A stretch of DNA of 64,000 nt, taken from NCBI GenBank assembly GCA_964527765.1, contig CAZGQR010000001.1, positions 118,353 to 182,352 of the forward strand, read 5' to 3'. Below the pieces are notes generated by a model. The model had not been told where the DNA came from, did no database searches, and saw only the letters and a program-made list of their open reading frames with translations. This DNA is from an uncultured Planctomycetia bacterium (GTDB taxonomy: Bacteria > Omnitrophota > Gorgyraeia > Tantalellales > Tantalellaceae). Made by a program: the position numbers and the translations under genes. Shown piece by piece: positions 55,766-63,935 of this stretch (positions are counted from its first letter, which is position 1; every line of letters begins with the position of its first letter).

Positions 55766-56128
55766 TTACTTACGGGGTCTTGCCTCGGCGCTCAAAGTGA
55801 AAAAATCAAAAAACTTACAGATGAAACTTTCACTGGCACCGCTGTTATCGGAATCGGCGCGAGCAAGCTGGTAGCTATTTACCTGCCTGGTTCTATTCTT
55901 TGCAAATTCCATTTCTCCGCCGTTCAGCGAGGCAAGCAGATATCTGGGAGATTCCAATTTGGATAGATTATACATTAACTTTGAATTCTGGTCAACGAGA
56001 TAGGAAAGGTGTCTTCTGCTCTTCTGCAGGCCATATCCTGCTTTGACGATCTCGACGCGCTGATGGACATAACCGATCGCTATTATTGTTATAATAAATC
56101 CTGTGAAGATGATCTTATATAATTTCAT
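55766..56128 (-). CDS. ftsL: Cell division protein FtsL-like (single TM plus coiled coil)
   Basis: 120 aa bitopic protein between rsmH and ftsI. Confidence 0.6.
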   Translation of the reverse strand: MKLYKIIFTGFIITIIAIGYVHQRVEIVKAGYGLQKSRRHLSYLVDQNSKLMYNLSKLESPRYLLASLNGGEMEFAKNRTRQVNSYQLARADSDNSGASESFICKFFDFFTLSAEARPRK

Positions 56129-57009
56129 GTCCCTCTTTCTGCTACGCGCAGTTTCGCGCTTCTTGCCCTTGGATTGGCCAGGACCTCTTCCCTGCCGGGG
56201 GTTATCGGTTTCTTCGTCAGGATCCTGATCTCGCCGGATGCGGCCATGCCCCTGAAGGCGTTCTTGATGATCCGGTCCTCAAGGGAATGGAACGATATGA
56301 CGCATATCCTGCCTCCCGGCCGCAGATGCAAAACCGTCCTGCTTACCGCTTCCTCCGCAGCGGCGAGCTCGTCGTTCACATAGATCCTCAGGGCCTGAAA
56401 AGTCCGCGCAGCATGGTGGAGCCGCTGCCTTCGGTATTTCTTGCCTACCGCGCCGAATATGATATCCGAGAGCTCCCCGGTCGTCTCGATCCGCTTTTTC
56501 TTCCGCGCTTCTACGATCGAGGCGGCCACAAGTCTGGCATATCTCTCTTCGCCGTATTTTCTTATAATATCCTCAAGTTCTTCTTTTCCGGATCTGTTCA
56601 CGGCATCCGCAGCCGACAACCCTTTACGGCCGTCAAAACGCATGTCCAGCGGTCCGTCTTTCAAAAAACTGAATCCTCTTCTCCCGTCATCTATCTGAAA
56701 AGAGGACACCCCCAGGTCAAATACCGCCCCGTCGATACCCGCAATTCCGGCCGTTTCCAGAATGCCATCGATATTCCGGAAATCATCGTTTATGTATATC
56801 ACATTATCCTTAAAATCCCCGAGACGCGATCTGGCTCTTTCAATGGCCTCCGGATCCCTGTCAAGGGCCACGAGCTTACCTCCGGGGAGGATTTTTTTCA
56901 GGATCTCAATCGCGTGTCCGCCGCCGCCCAAAGTAGCGTCAAGTATGACATCCCCGGCTTCAAGATCAAGATGCTCTATGACTTCCTTCAAAAGAACCGG
57001 AAAATGCAA
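56125..57009 (-). CDS. rsmH: 16S rRNA (cytosine1402-N4)-methyltransferase
   Basis: 294 aa; VLLKEVIEHL...DATLGGGGHA SAM-methyltransferase start typical of MraW/RsmH. Confidence 0.9.
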   Translation of the reverse strand: MHFPVLLKEVIEHLDLEAGDVILDATLGGGGHAIEILKKILPGGKLVALDRDPEAIERARSRLGDFKDNVIYINDDFRNIDGILETAGIAGIDGAVFDLGVSSFQIDDGRRGFSFLKDGPLDMRFDGRKGLSAADAVNRSGKEELEDIIRKYGEERYARLVAASIVEARKKKRIETTGELSDIIFGAVGKKYRRQRLHHAARTFQALRIYVNDELAAAEEAVSRTVLHLRPGGRICVISFHSLEDRIIKNAFRGMAASGEIRILTKKPITPGREEVLANPRARSAKLRVAERGT

Positions 57010-57321
57010 AAAAAATCCTTTCAGCTTATCTGTCGCGCCGGAAAACTTTATTCATAATAACAATCTGTTTTTTATATAATCTGTTACAGGTACCCGTGAG
57101 GTCTTCTTTCTCCGCGCATCTATCGTCAGGGCCGCGCCCCTTCTCAGCTGCCCGTTCTTTTCCGTAGATCGACCCGCCTGTTTCACATGCCTGCAAGTAT
57201 TTTTTCATTGGCTCTCCAGCGTTCACCCCGTTAGCATTTGCAGCCGGGGCTTAAACTCCGGCTGTTGCCGGTTGATCTCAAGCTGGCGCGCAGGGTAGAC
57301 CGATCTCCCGGCCGGGCATAT

Positions 57322-57513
57322 CTAGTCGCAATCCTTTATCGTCAAGAATTTCATCCCTCCCAGTTCCGACGAAGAAACCGCATACCTTTTAACCCCCAGA
57401 TGCGAGATTCCGGAGGGAAGCGCTCTCGCCTTTTTGATCCTTTCCACCATGTTGACGCAATTGATAAACTCTACCCGTTTCTTATGAAACTTTACGGCAT
57501 ATCGTCTATACAT
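57322..57513 (-). CDS. Candidate small basic protein (63 aa) translationally coupled to mraZ
   Basis: ATG preceded by TTAAGGAGGTATA; a perfect AAGGAGGT Shine-Dalgarno overlaps the mraZ stop. No recognisable family; it lies in an otherwise unexplained 513-bp mraZ-rsmH spacer. Confidence 0.35.
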   Translation of the reverse strand: MYRRYAVKFHKKRVEFINCVNMVERIKKARALPSGISHLGVKRYAVSSSELGGMKFLTIKDCD

Positions 57514-57522
57514 TATACCTCC

Positions 57523-57960
57523 TTAAAATTCTATCAATCTTTCAGAGATCTCCTCATAGTCCTGCTTCGAAGATTTATAGAAATCCTGCCATTTCCCCTT
57601 ATCCCATATTTCTATGCGGCTCGAGACTCCGACTACGATCACGTTTTTTGACAGTTTCGCATATTCACGCAAATAGTCCGGTATCAATATCCTCCACTGC
57701 TTATCGGGGATAACTTCGACGGCGCCCGAGAAGAACAGACGCTTGAACTTTCTTACTTCTCTCTTTGTAAATGGCATGTCTTTGAATTTATTTTCCTGTG
57801 ATTTCCATTCGCTTTCCGCGAACATAAAAAGACACTCGTCCAGACCGCGTGTCACGTAAAGTTTCTCTATGCACATCTCTTGTATAACATCACGGAATCG
57901 CGATGGGATGATCAGGCGATTCTTTTTATCAAGAGTGTGTATATATTCTCCGTAAAACAT
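57523..57960 (-). CDS. mraZ: Transcriptional regulator MraZ
   Basis: Two MraZ half-domains (MFYGEY..DKKNRLIIPSRFR ; ..DKQWRILIPDYLR). Start placed at ATG (MFYGEY) with GGAGG upstream. Confidence 0.85.
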   Translation of the reverse strand: MFYGEYIHTLDKKNRLIIPSRFRDVIQEMCIEKLYVTRGLDECLFMFAESEWKSQENKFKDMPFTKREVRKFKRLFFSGAVEVIPDKQWRILIPDYLREYAKLSKNVIVVGVSSRIEIWDKGKWQDFYKSSKQDYEEISERLIEF

Positions 57961-58127
57961 TCCACTTTCCTCCACTTTAGTCCACCCGCACTTTAAGGAG
58001 TATACACAACAACAAACCTTTTGTCAAATGCGTAATTTCAAACATTTTAAATTTCTTTAAAAAGTACCCATTATGTAGGTTCTTTATATAATATAACCCC
58101 ATTATATTGTGTGTAGGAAAAAGTGAA

Positions 58128-58223
58128 AAATAAATGGAACGGGTTTATTCCCGGGACTACTCTACTGCAGTGAATATCCCGCTTTTTGAGGAAGTAGAAA
58201 TAAACGGGACGGGTTTATAGCGG
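58128..58223. promoter_or_regulatory. Pair of about 22-nt direct repeats (aaataaaYGGRACGGGTTTAT) upstream of mraZ and downstream of the PilZ gene
   Basis: 58128..58150 aaataaatggaacgggtttattc and 58196..58219 aaataaacgggacgggtttatag; about 68 bp apart; 150-250 bp upstream of the mraZ start. Confidence 0.4.
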
Positions 58224-58227
58224 TGGG

Positions 58228-58710
58228 TTACCAATAAAGCTTTTTGAATCTTTCAGAATATTTTTTTATCCATTCCCTGGAAGCTTCCTGAAGCGTGATC
58301 TCTTTACCCAGCTGCAGGGAACGCAGCACGCGGTATTCCTCTATCAAGTAGATCTGCTCTATCAGCTTGACCTTGAACGCATCGGCATAACTGACGAACG
58401 CGACACCTATCCTGTGTAGTCCCGTCGATTCGTCCTTCTCGACATGCACGACTTTGGCCTTCACGCCGAAAACCTTGTCATACAGCGGTAGCTGCAGCTT
58501 GATGATCGTTCCGGAAGGCACATCTCTCTTGGACATGAACATGAGCCCGCCTTCGCTCACATTCAGCGTTTCTGTCCTTTCGAACTGATCTTCTTCTGTG
58601 ATCTTAAATTCAAGAGGATTGATAAGAAGATGTCTTATAAAGCGTCTTTTTTCGCGGTGTGCCATACCTCTTCCCCGGTGGACCTGCCTTGGACTTATTG
58701 CTGCGCGCAA
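58228..58710 (-). CDS. PilZ-domain protein (c-di-GMP binding)
   Basis: REKRRFIRH (RxxxR) followed by NVSEGGLMF (D/NxSxxG), the bipartite PilZ signature. The true start may be the internal Met at 58665. Confidence 0.7.
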   Translation of the reverse strand: MRAAISPRQVHRGRGMAHREKRRFIRHLLINPLEFKITEEDQFERTETLNVSEGGLMFMSKRDVPSGTIIKLQLPLYDKVFGVKAKVVHVEKDESTGLHRIGVAFVSYADAFKVKLIEQIYLIEEYRVLRSLQLGKEITLQEASREWIKKYSERFKKLYW

Positions 58711-58715
58711 AAAAC

Positions 58716-58949
58716 TTAGAGCATATTGTTTTCTTTTAGATCTTTTTCCAGCTTTTCGATCGCTTCCTTGAGTTTCGGAAAAAGTCTGACGTTTATGTTT
58801 ATTCCCTTCCCTGTAGGCACTTTCTCCTCCCCCTGAGGCGGCTGAGTCCAGATCCTGATGTCGATCACGTCATTTCCCTGATATTCGGATAGGCGGATTT
58901 TCACATCCTGGTATTTGTTTTTTTCAAATACCGCTACGTCTTTTTCCAT
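58716..58949 (-). CDS. PC4/YdbC-like single-stranded DNA-binding domain protein
   Basis: 77 aa; pattern VKIRLSEYQGNDVIDIRIW...PTGKGININV...L..I resembles the bacterial PC4 C-terminal domain (YdbC family). Confidence 0.5.
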   Translation of the reverse strand: MEKDVAVFEKNKYQDVKIRLSEYQGNDVIDIRIWTQPPQGEEKVPTGKGININVRLFPKLKEAIEKLEKDLKENNML

Positions 58950-59112
58950 TTGTGCCTCCTTTTTTGCACAAGTGTATATTCCAGGTGCGGTGCGTCCGTA
59001 TATTACTACATATATATATGTATAATAATATAATATCTTATCGGAAAAAGCAAAAAAAATATGTGATTTTTATATAAGAAGGAGCGAGCCTGCCGCGAAC
59101 GGCGCGACGGTG

Positions 59113-59217
59113 CTAATCGACCTTTTTCTTTTCGAATATTTTCTTAAAACAGAACACCGTCAGCCCCAGGATCAGGATCCAGGAAATAGCGATGAACAAC
59201 CAGCCCAATGCCGTCAT
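59113..59217 (-). CDS. Candidate 34-aa single-TM peptide, translationally coupled (ATGA overlap) to the NSS transporter
   Basis: MTALGWLFIAISWILILGLTVFCFKKIFEKKKVD; its start overlaps the transporter stop. Pattern: hydrophobic helix then a basic tail. Confidence 0.3.
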   Translation of the reverse strand: MTALGWLFIAISWILILGLTVFCFKKIFEKKKVD

Positions 59218-60776
59218 GTTCCCCTCGCTTTCGTTCTTCGTTTTCTCCAGGCGATCTTGACCATGACAGCCAGGACGAGAAAAAGCAGGAGAAGCCCGAC
59301 CCGCGTGGCAAGTATGTAGGGTCTGTTCTCGGGTGAGACGTTCTCCATCCGTATGATCGGCAGCCATTCCTGGAAAAACCACGCCCCGATCACTACAAGA
59401 AGAAATACCGGCGTGACATACTTTATAATATACTTGTATATTGCCGGTATTCTCATATCGGCGCCGTGATGCACTTCCTCCCAGGCCTTGTTGATGCCCA
59501 GTACCCAGCCGAACAATATCACCTCGATCGTGGCAAAAAGCACCAGACAAAATGTCCCGCCCCAGAAATCCAGCTCGTCAACGACGCCGTTACCGAGAAA
59601 AAATATCGCCGCGTTGCACAGGATGAAAGTCACGACGGCGAATATCATCACTGACCATTTCCGGGATATATCGAACTCGTCCTCCAGGAACGCGATCGCC
59701 GGCTGGGCCAGGGAAACGGACGATGTCACGCCGGCAAGGAACAGCAGCCCGAACCACAAAAACCCAAAAACCTCCGAAAACGGCATCTGCCCGAAAATGA
59801 TCGGCATCGTGACGAATCCCAGATTAAATGCTCCCGAGTTGGCGATATTGCCTATCGACATTGGCCCAAAGAAAACAAACGCCGCCGGTATTATTATGCT
59901 GGCCCCGAGAATGACTTCCGCGACCTCGTTCATGCTTACCGCGGTAAGTCCGGAAAGCGCGACATCGTCACCCTTTTTTAGATAACTGGCGTATGTCAGG
60001 ATAACGCCTATCCCCACGCTCAGCGTAAAGAATATCTGCCCTGTAGCGGCCAGCCAGACCCTCGCGCTTCTCAACTGGGAAAAATCCGGATTCCAAAGAT
60101 ACCCGAGCCCGTTCGACACGTTCCAATCCGGTCTCGCCGCGTCCGGCGCGCCCAGGGTCAGCACCCTTACGGCGAGAATAATGCCGAAAACGAACAGCGT
60201 GGGAATAGCGAATTTACAAAAACGTTCGATCCCGCCCCGGATACCGTAATTCAGCACCGTCATGTTAATAATGAACGTTATGAGGAAGAATACGTATGCC
60301 GGCGCTATGCTTGAAAAATACTGATTTTTTTCCAGCCCCTGAAAACCCCTTAAAAATTCCTGCATCGTGGACTGGTCGAGGATGCTTGAATACTTCTGCA
60401 CGAGAGAGAAAAAGCTGTACGCCAGCGTCCATGATTCTATGTAGGTATAATAGATCATGATCACGAGCGGGCCGAATATGCCTATAACGCCGAAATACTT
60501 GATGAAGCGGTTTTTCTCCCACAGGCTGTGGAAGACACCCGGGGCCGTGGAATGCTCGAACCCGCCGCCGTAACGCCCTATGGACCATTCGACCCACATC
60601 AGCGGAATGCCCACGAGCAAAAGCGCGACAAAATACGGGATCATGAACGCCCCGCCGCCGTTCTTTGCGGCCTGCACGGGAAACCGCAGGAAATTGCCCA
60701 ACCCCACAGCCGAACCTGCTACCGCCATTATGATCCCAAGGCGGGACCCCCATGAGTCTCTGATCCTCTTAGCCAC
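59214..60776 (-). CDS. Sodium-dependent transporter, NSS (SNF) family
   Basis: 520 aa; 11-12 TM helices; N-terminal GNFLRFP... motif typical of neurotransmitter:sodium symporter homologs. Confidence 0.85.
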   Translation of the reverse strand: MAKRIRDSWGSRLGIIMAVAGSAVGLGNFLRFPVQAAKNGGGAFMIPYFVALLLVGIPLMWVEWSIGRYGGGFEHSTAPGVFHSLWEKNRFIKYFGVIGIFGPLVIMIYYTYIESWTLAYSFFSLVQKYSSILDQSTMQEFLRGFQGLEKNQYFSSIAPAYVFFLITFIINMTVLNYGIRGGIERFCKFAIPTLFVFGIILAVRVLTLGAPDAARPDWNVSNGLGYLWNPDFSQLRSARVWLAATGQIFFTLSVGIGVILTYASYLKKGDDVALSGLTAVSMNEVAEVILGASIIIPAAFVFFGPMSIGNIANSGAFNLGFVTMPIIFGQMPFSEVFGFLWFGLLFLAGVTSSVSLAQPAIAFLEDEFDISRKWSVMIFAVVTFILCNAAIFFLGNGVVDELDFWGGTFCLVLFATIEVILFGWVLGINKAWEEVHHGADMRIPAIYKYIIKYVTPVFLLVVIGAWFFQEWLPIIRMENVSPENRPYILATRVGLLLLFLVLAVMVKIAWRKRRTKARGT

Positions 60777-60806
60777 AGCATCACCGTCTTTCTGCGATTT
60801 GCGGCC

Positions 60807-61055
60807 CTACCCCCTGAACCTTACGAACAATCTTCCCCAGTTCTTTGAGTCCTTATCTATCCTGTCATAAAGATCTTTATTTCTCTCGAGAAATTTTAAA
60901 ACGCGCTTCTTCAGCTGCCCCGAACCTTTACCCGGGATGATTTCTACTATCCTGACTTTCTTGTCTCTGGCTTCCTGCAGGATGCTCTTAAGCGCCCTTT
61001 CAATCTCTCGATGCTTATTGTAAATATCGTGTAAATCCAGCTTTATCTTTTTCAT
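60807..61055 (-). CDS. Smr-domain protein (stand-alone, 82 aa)
   Basis: DLHD...EA...VRIVEIIPGKGSGQLKKRVLKFL matches the Smr domain signature (DLHG...IIHGKGxG). Confidence 0.7.
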   Translation of the reverse strand: MKKIKLDLHDIYNKHREIERALKSILQEARDKKVRIVEIIPGKGSGQLKKRVLKFLERNKDLYDRIDKDSKNWGRLFVRFRG

Positions 61056-61119
61056 GCTAAAAATACAGGGACAGGTTCAGTTCCGTGACTATACTGCCGC
61101 AGGAAACTTGTCCCGCCTT

Positions 61120-61530
61120 TCACTCCGGCTCTACCCGCTTGCGCAGGACCTTCTTCTCCGCTCTTTTTTTCTTTCCCGCGAGCATCTTTTCTTTCGCCCT
61201 TTTTGACCTCCTGCGTTTCTGCCTGCGTATTTTTTCTATCCGCTGCCTTTCCTCCGAAGCCCTTCCGAGTATCATTTTCTCGATCTTTCCGACCAGTATT
61301 CTGCGGGCCAGAAAACGGTTGAGAGCCTGAGAGCGTTCCCTCCCGCACTTGACCTCTATGCCTGTAGGATTATGTTTTAGGTACACGCGCGTGGATGCTT
61401 TATTGACGTGCTGCCCCCCGCGTCCGCTTGATCTTATGAAACGTTCGGTCAGGTCGGTTTCTTTTACGCCAAAACGGCGCATCTTCTCCCTGAGGTTCTT
61501 TTCTTTTCCCGGGCTGACTCCAAACTTCAT
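61120..61530 (-). CDS. arfB: Peptidyl-tRNA hydrolase ArfB (GGQ domain, alternative ribosome-rescue factor)
   Basis: SGRGGQHVNK GGQ motif with a lysine/arginine-rich C-terminal tail; 136 aa. The true start may be the internal Met (MRRFGV). Confidence 0.75.
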   Translation of the reverse strand: MKFGVSPGKEKNLREKMRRFGVKETDLTERFIRSSGRGGQHVNKASTRVYLKHNPTGIEVKCGRERSQALNRFLARRILVGKIEKMILGRASEERQRIEKIRRQKRRRSKRAKEKMLAGKKKRAEKKVLRKRVEPE

Positions 61531-61655
61531 GACTTGCCTAACGTCGGATTGCTGGGATATCTGGCGATAACATTCTCTTTGTTCTTCGGATAGACGAGGG
61601 CTTTGACATGACCTGTTCCTTCCATTTTGAAGTTTAGTTCAAGATCTTACTGTGA

Positions 61656-62699
61656 CTATATCTCCAGAATAGAATCTGTGGTGCCGAAAACATTGGTTTC
61701 GGCGTCAGGGTTTTCCGGATCCCGGACCCATTCGTCATCTACCAGAAATTTATACCGGTATTTTCGCCCTTTGTCCAATGTGAAATGACCTGACCAGTGA
61801 CCGTTCTCGAGCTTAGAAAGGCGGCTTGTTTCGGCCTTCTGCCAGTTATTAAAATCTCCGAGGACATATACGGTGCCCGCTTCCGGAGCATGAAGAAAAA
61901 ATTCACGCACGGATACATCCATGATATCGTCCTTGATATTAAGGATCTCGCTGGTAAGATTATAAAAGTCCAGGGTTGCGGAACATTTAGGATCGTGCTC
62001 GAATATCGTCTTACCCAGCCCGGCAGCTTCCCTTAGGCGCACGCTCGAGCGTATCTTTGCGGAAAGAAGATACGGACCAAGCTTGTGCTTCGCGTCTTTC
62101 TCCAGCTGTTTTGCAAAATTCGAACGTTTGTCGTAAATGTTCATGATAAAAAAAACCGACGGGGTCCTCCCTGTCTCCGAATTCAACAGGCTCGTCACCC
62201 GGTAAACATTGTTTATGCCGTTGAACGAAAAATAGCTCAGATCTATCGGGACAAGGATCATATTCGCGGCATACATGGCATTAAGCGTGAGAAATCCGAA
62301 ACTGGGGGGGGAATCCACTATCACATATTCAAACTTCTCAAAGAAAGGCTTGGACAATGTGCGGGACAATATAGCCGCCGCGCCGTTTACCCCTCCAAGA
62401 TTGATCTCCGCCGCACTGAGCATCATATTGGCGGGTATAAAGGAAAGCCCTTTCCTGCTGTTTATGACGATCTCCTCGAATGGTATATCGGTGTTATCGA
62501 AATGCGCCCGAAAGATGTCATATGAGGTCTTTCTTTCGGAAGATTTCTCGCTGCATCCCAGTGCAAAGGTAGCATGAGCCTGCGGATCCAGGTCCACGAG
62601 AAGGGTTTCGTTCCCCAATCTTGAAAGAGCCGCCGCGACATTCACGGCAAGCGTTGTCTTTCCGCAACCGCCTTTCTGATTCGCAACAGATATGATCAT
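61656..62699 (-). CDS. ParA/MinD-family ATPase fused to a C-terminal AMPK-beta-type glycogen-binding domain (CBM48)
   Basis: N-terminal deviant Walker A KGGCGKTT with ParA core. The C-terminus TVYVLGDFNNWQK...GRKYRYKFLVDDEWVRDPENP...FGTTDSILEI aligns motif-for-motif with the AMPK beta GBD (VYLSGSFNNWSK...YKFFVDGQWTHDPSEP). Confidence 0.8.
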   Translation of the reverse strand: MIISVANQKGGCGKTTLAVNVAAALSRLGNETLLVDLDPQAHATFALGCSEKSSERKTSYDIFRAHFDNTDIPFEEIVINSRKGLSFIPANMMLSAAEINLGGVNGAAAILSRTLSKPFFEKFEYVIVDSPPSFGFLTLNAMYAANMILVPIDLSYFSFNGINNVYRVTSLLNSETGRTPSVFFIMNIYDKRSNFAKQLEKDAKHKLGPYLLSAKIRSSVRLREAAGLGKTIFEHDPKCSATLDFYNLTSEILNIKDDIMDVSVREFFLHAPEAGTVYVLGDFNNWQKAETSRLSKLENGHWSGHFTLDKGRKYRYKFLVDDEWVRDPENPDAETNVFGTTDSILEI

Positions 62700-62968
62700 T
62701 GTATCCCTCTCTACATATATTTTGTGGTATTTAGATAAATATGTCGAACATATTGTATTACTTGCCTAAAAGTATATCATATTAATTTTAAAAAACAACT
62801 ATTAAGCTTAATATTATTAGAACTCTGACATGCTCTTTCGACCCGTTAGAAATTCCATTTCTGGCAGGGTTCACCTGAACCTTTACTAATATATATCTAT
62901 ACGGGCCGGAATGTGCTAAAATATAGTGGAAATCAGGATTGCCGTGTTCGGCGCATAAATAGTGGGAG

Positions 62969-63883
62969 ATGTTTAGAGCCATGAATGAAAATAGATTACG
63001 CGACAGAATAGACATCGAGCTGTCCAAGACGTATTTCGGCAATGCTTCAAAGGATCCCGCTCACGCGAAAAGAGCCCCTAAACGGTACTCTGAAAGGGAA
63101 AACCAAAAACGAAACCGCCAAAGACAAAGCCGTTTCAGACGTCCGGGCCGTTTAAAGTTTTTTTTAATGGGTCTTGTCGTTCTGGCCGCGCTTGTTTTTC
63201 TTTTCGTCCGCATGCTGGGCTATGAACGCGTGGTCAGCATTCTCAAGGTCAAAACAGGATTCGTGCCGGCGTCCCAGCGGCCCATCATATGGTCCGGAAA
63301 AACAGCAAAAACAGCCATCCCTGCCGGGACGACTGCACCAGCCGTAAAACACGCCTTTAAAACGGAAAAGACCCTTTATGATTTTGAAAAAGACGATAAC
63401 GGGTGGGAGATCCCGGGATGGGAACTTGACAAACCGGACCACGTGGCCAGATCACTTAAAAAAGTCAGCGGCGTCGCCAGTAAAGGGGCCGGGAGTCTTG
63501 AACTCTACGCTGAATTCCCCGGAGAAAGATGGACAGGAGCGCTTGCCGAGATACAGCATTATCTTGATCTCAGAAATTACGACGCGATATACGTGGACAT
63601 CTATCTGCCGCTCGACGCTCCAGGCGGGCTCAGAGGAAAAGTCATATTAACGGTGGACGAGGACTGGCGGTTCGTGGAGATGGCCCGCAGTTTCCGGCTG
63701 GAACCCGGCAAGTGGACCACCATAACGGCTGACATTTCGGAAGGCAGCACCGAGTGGAAAAGGACCAAAGTGGATAAAGCCTTCAAGGCGGACGTGCGTA
63801 AAGTCGCCATAAGAATAGAATCCAACAGGGTCCCGTATTCCGGACCTATATACATAGATAACATCAGGGTATATTCCCGGTAG
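62969..63883 (+). CDS. Membrane-anchored protein with extracytoplasmic carbohydrate-binding-module-like (CBM11/galactose-binding-like) domain
   Basis: Basic N-terminus, one TM helix (FFLMGLVVLAALVFLFV). The C-terminal beta-sandwich pattern (GWE...GSLEL...W......DLRNYDAIYVDIY...W......GKW...I...YIDNIRV) resembles CBM-like domains. Only plus-strand gene, divergent from the ParA-CBM48 gene. Confidence 0.5.
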   Translation: MFRAMNENRLRDRIDIELSKTYFGNASKDPAHAKRAPKRYSERENQKRNRQRQSRFRRPGRLKFFLMGLVVLAALVFLFVRMLGYERVVSILKVKTGFVPASQRPIIWSGKTAKTAIPAGTTAPAVKHAFKTEKTLYDFEKDDNGWEIPGWELDKPDHVARSLKKVSGVASKGAGSLELYAEFPGERWTGALAEIQHYLDLRNYDAIYVDIYLPLDAPGGLRGKVILTVDEDWRFVEMARSFRLEPGKWTTITADISEGSTEWKRTKVDKAFKADVRKVAIRIESNRVPYSGPIYIDNIRVYSR

Positions 63884-63888
63884 CGGGC

Positions 63889-63935
63889 GGGACAGGTTTA
63901 CTGCGGGAGATTAGCCCCAGGCGTAAACCAGTCCC
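63889..63935 (+). terminator. Hairpin (gggacaggtttac / gtaaaccagtccc, 13-bp stem with one mismatch, 21-nt loop) 6 nt after the stop codon, followed by a T-rich tract; same motif family as 50048..50093
   Basis: Read directly from the sequence; atttattattat follows. Confidence 0.45.

Noticed and set aside
57010-57522. mraZ-rsmH spacer considered as SRP RNA, RNase P RNA or tmRNA
   Set aside because: I scanned both strands for their conserved motifs and found none. The motifs were the domain IV GGAA-loop region for SRP RNA, the P4 AAAGUCCGG core for RNase P, and the GGGGCUG 5' end for tmRNA. Only a loose resemblance to SRP domain IV was seen, so the spacer is left as unknown.
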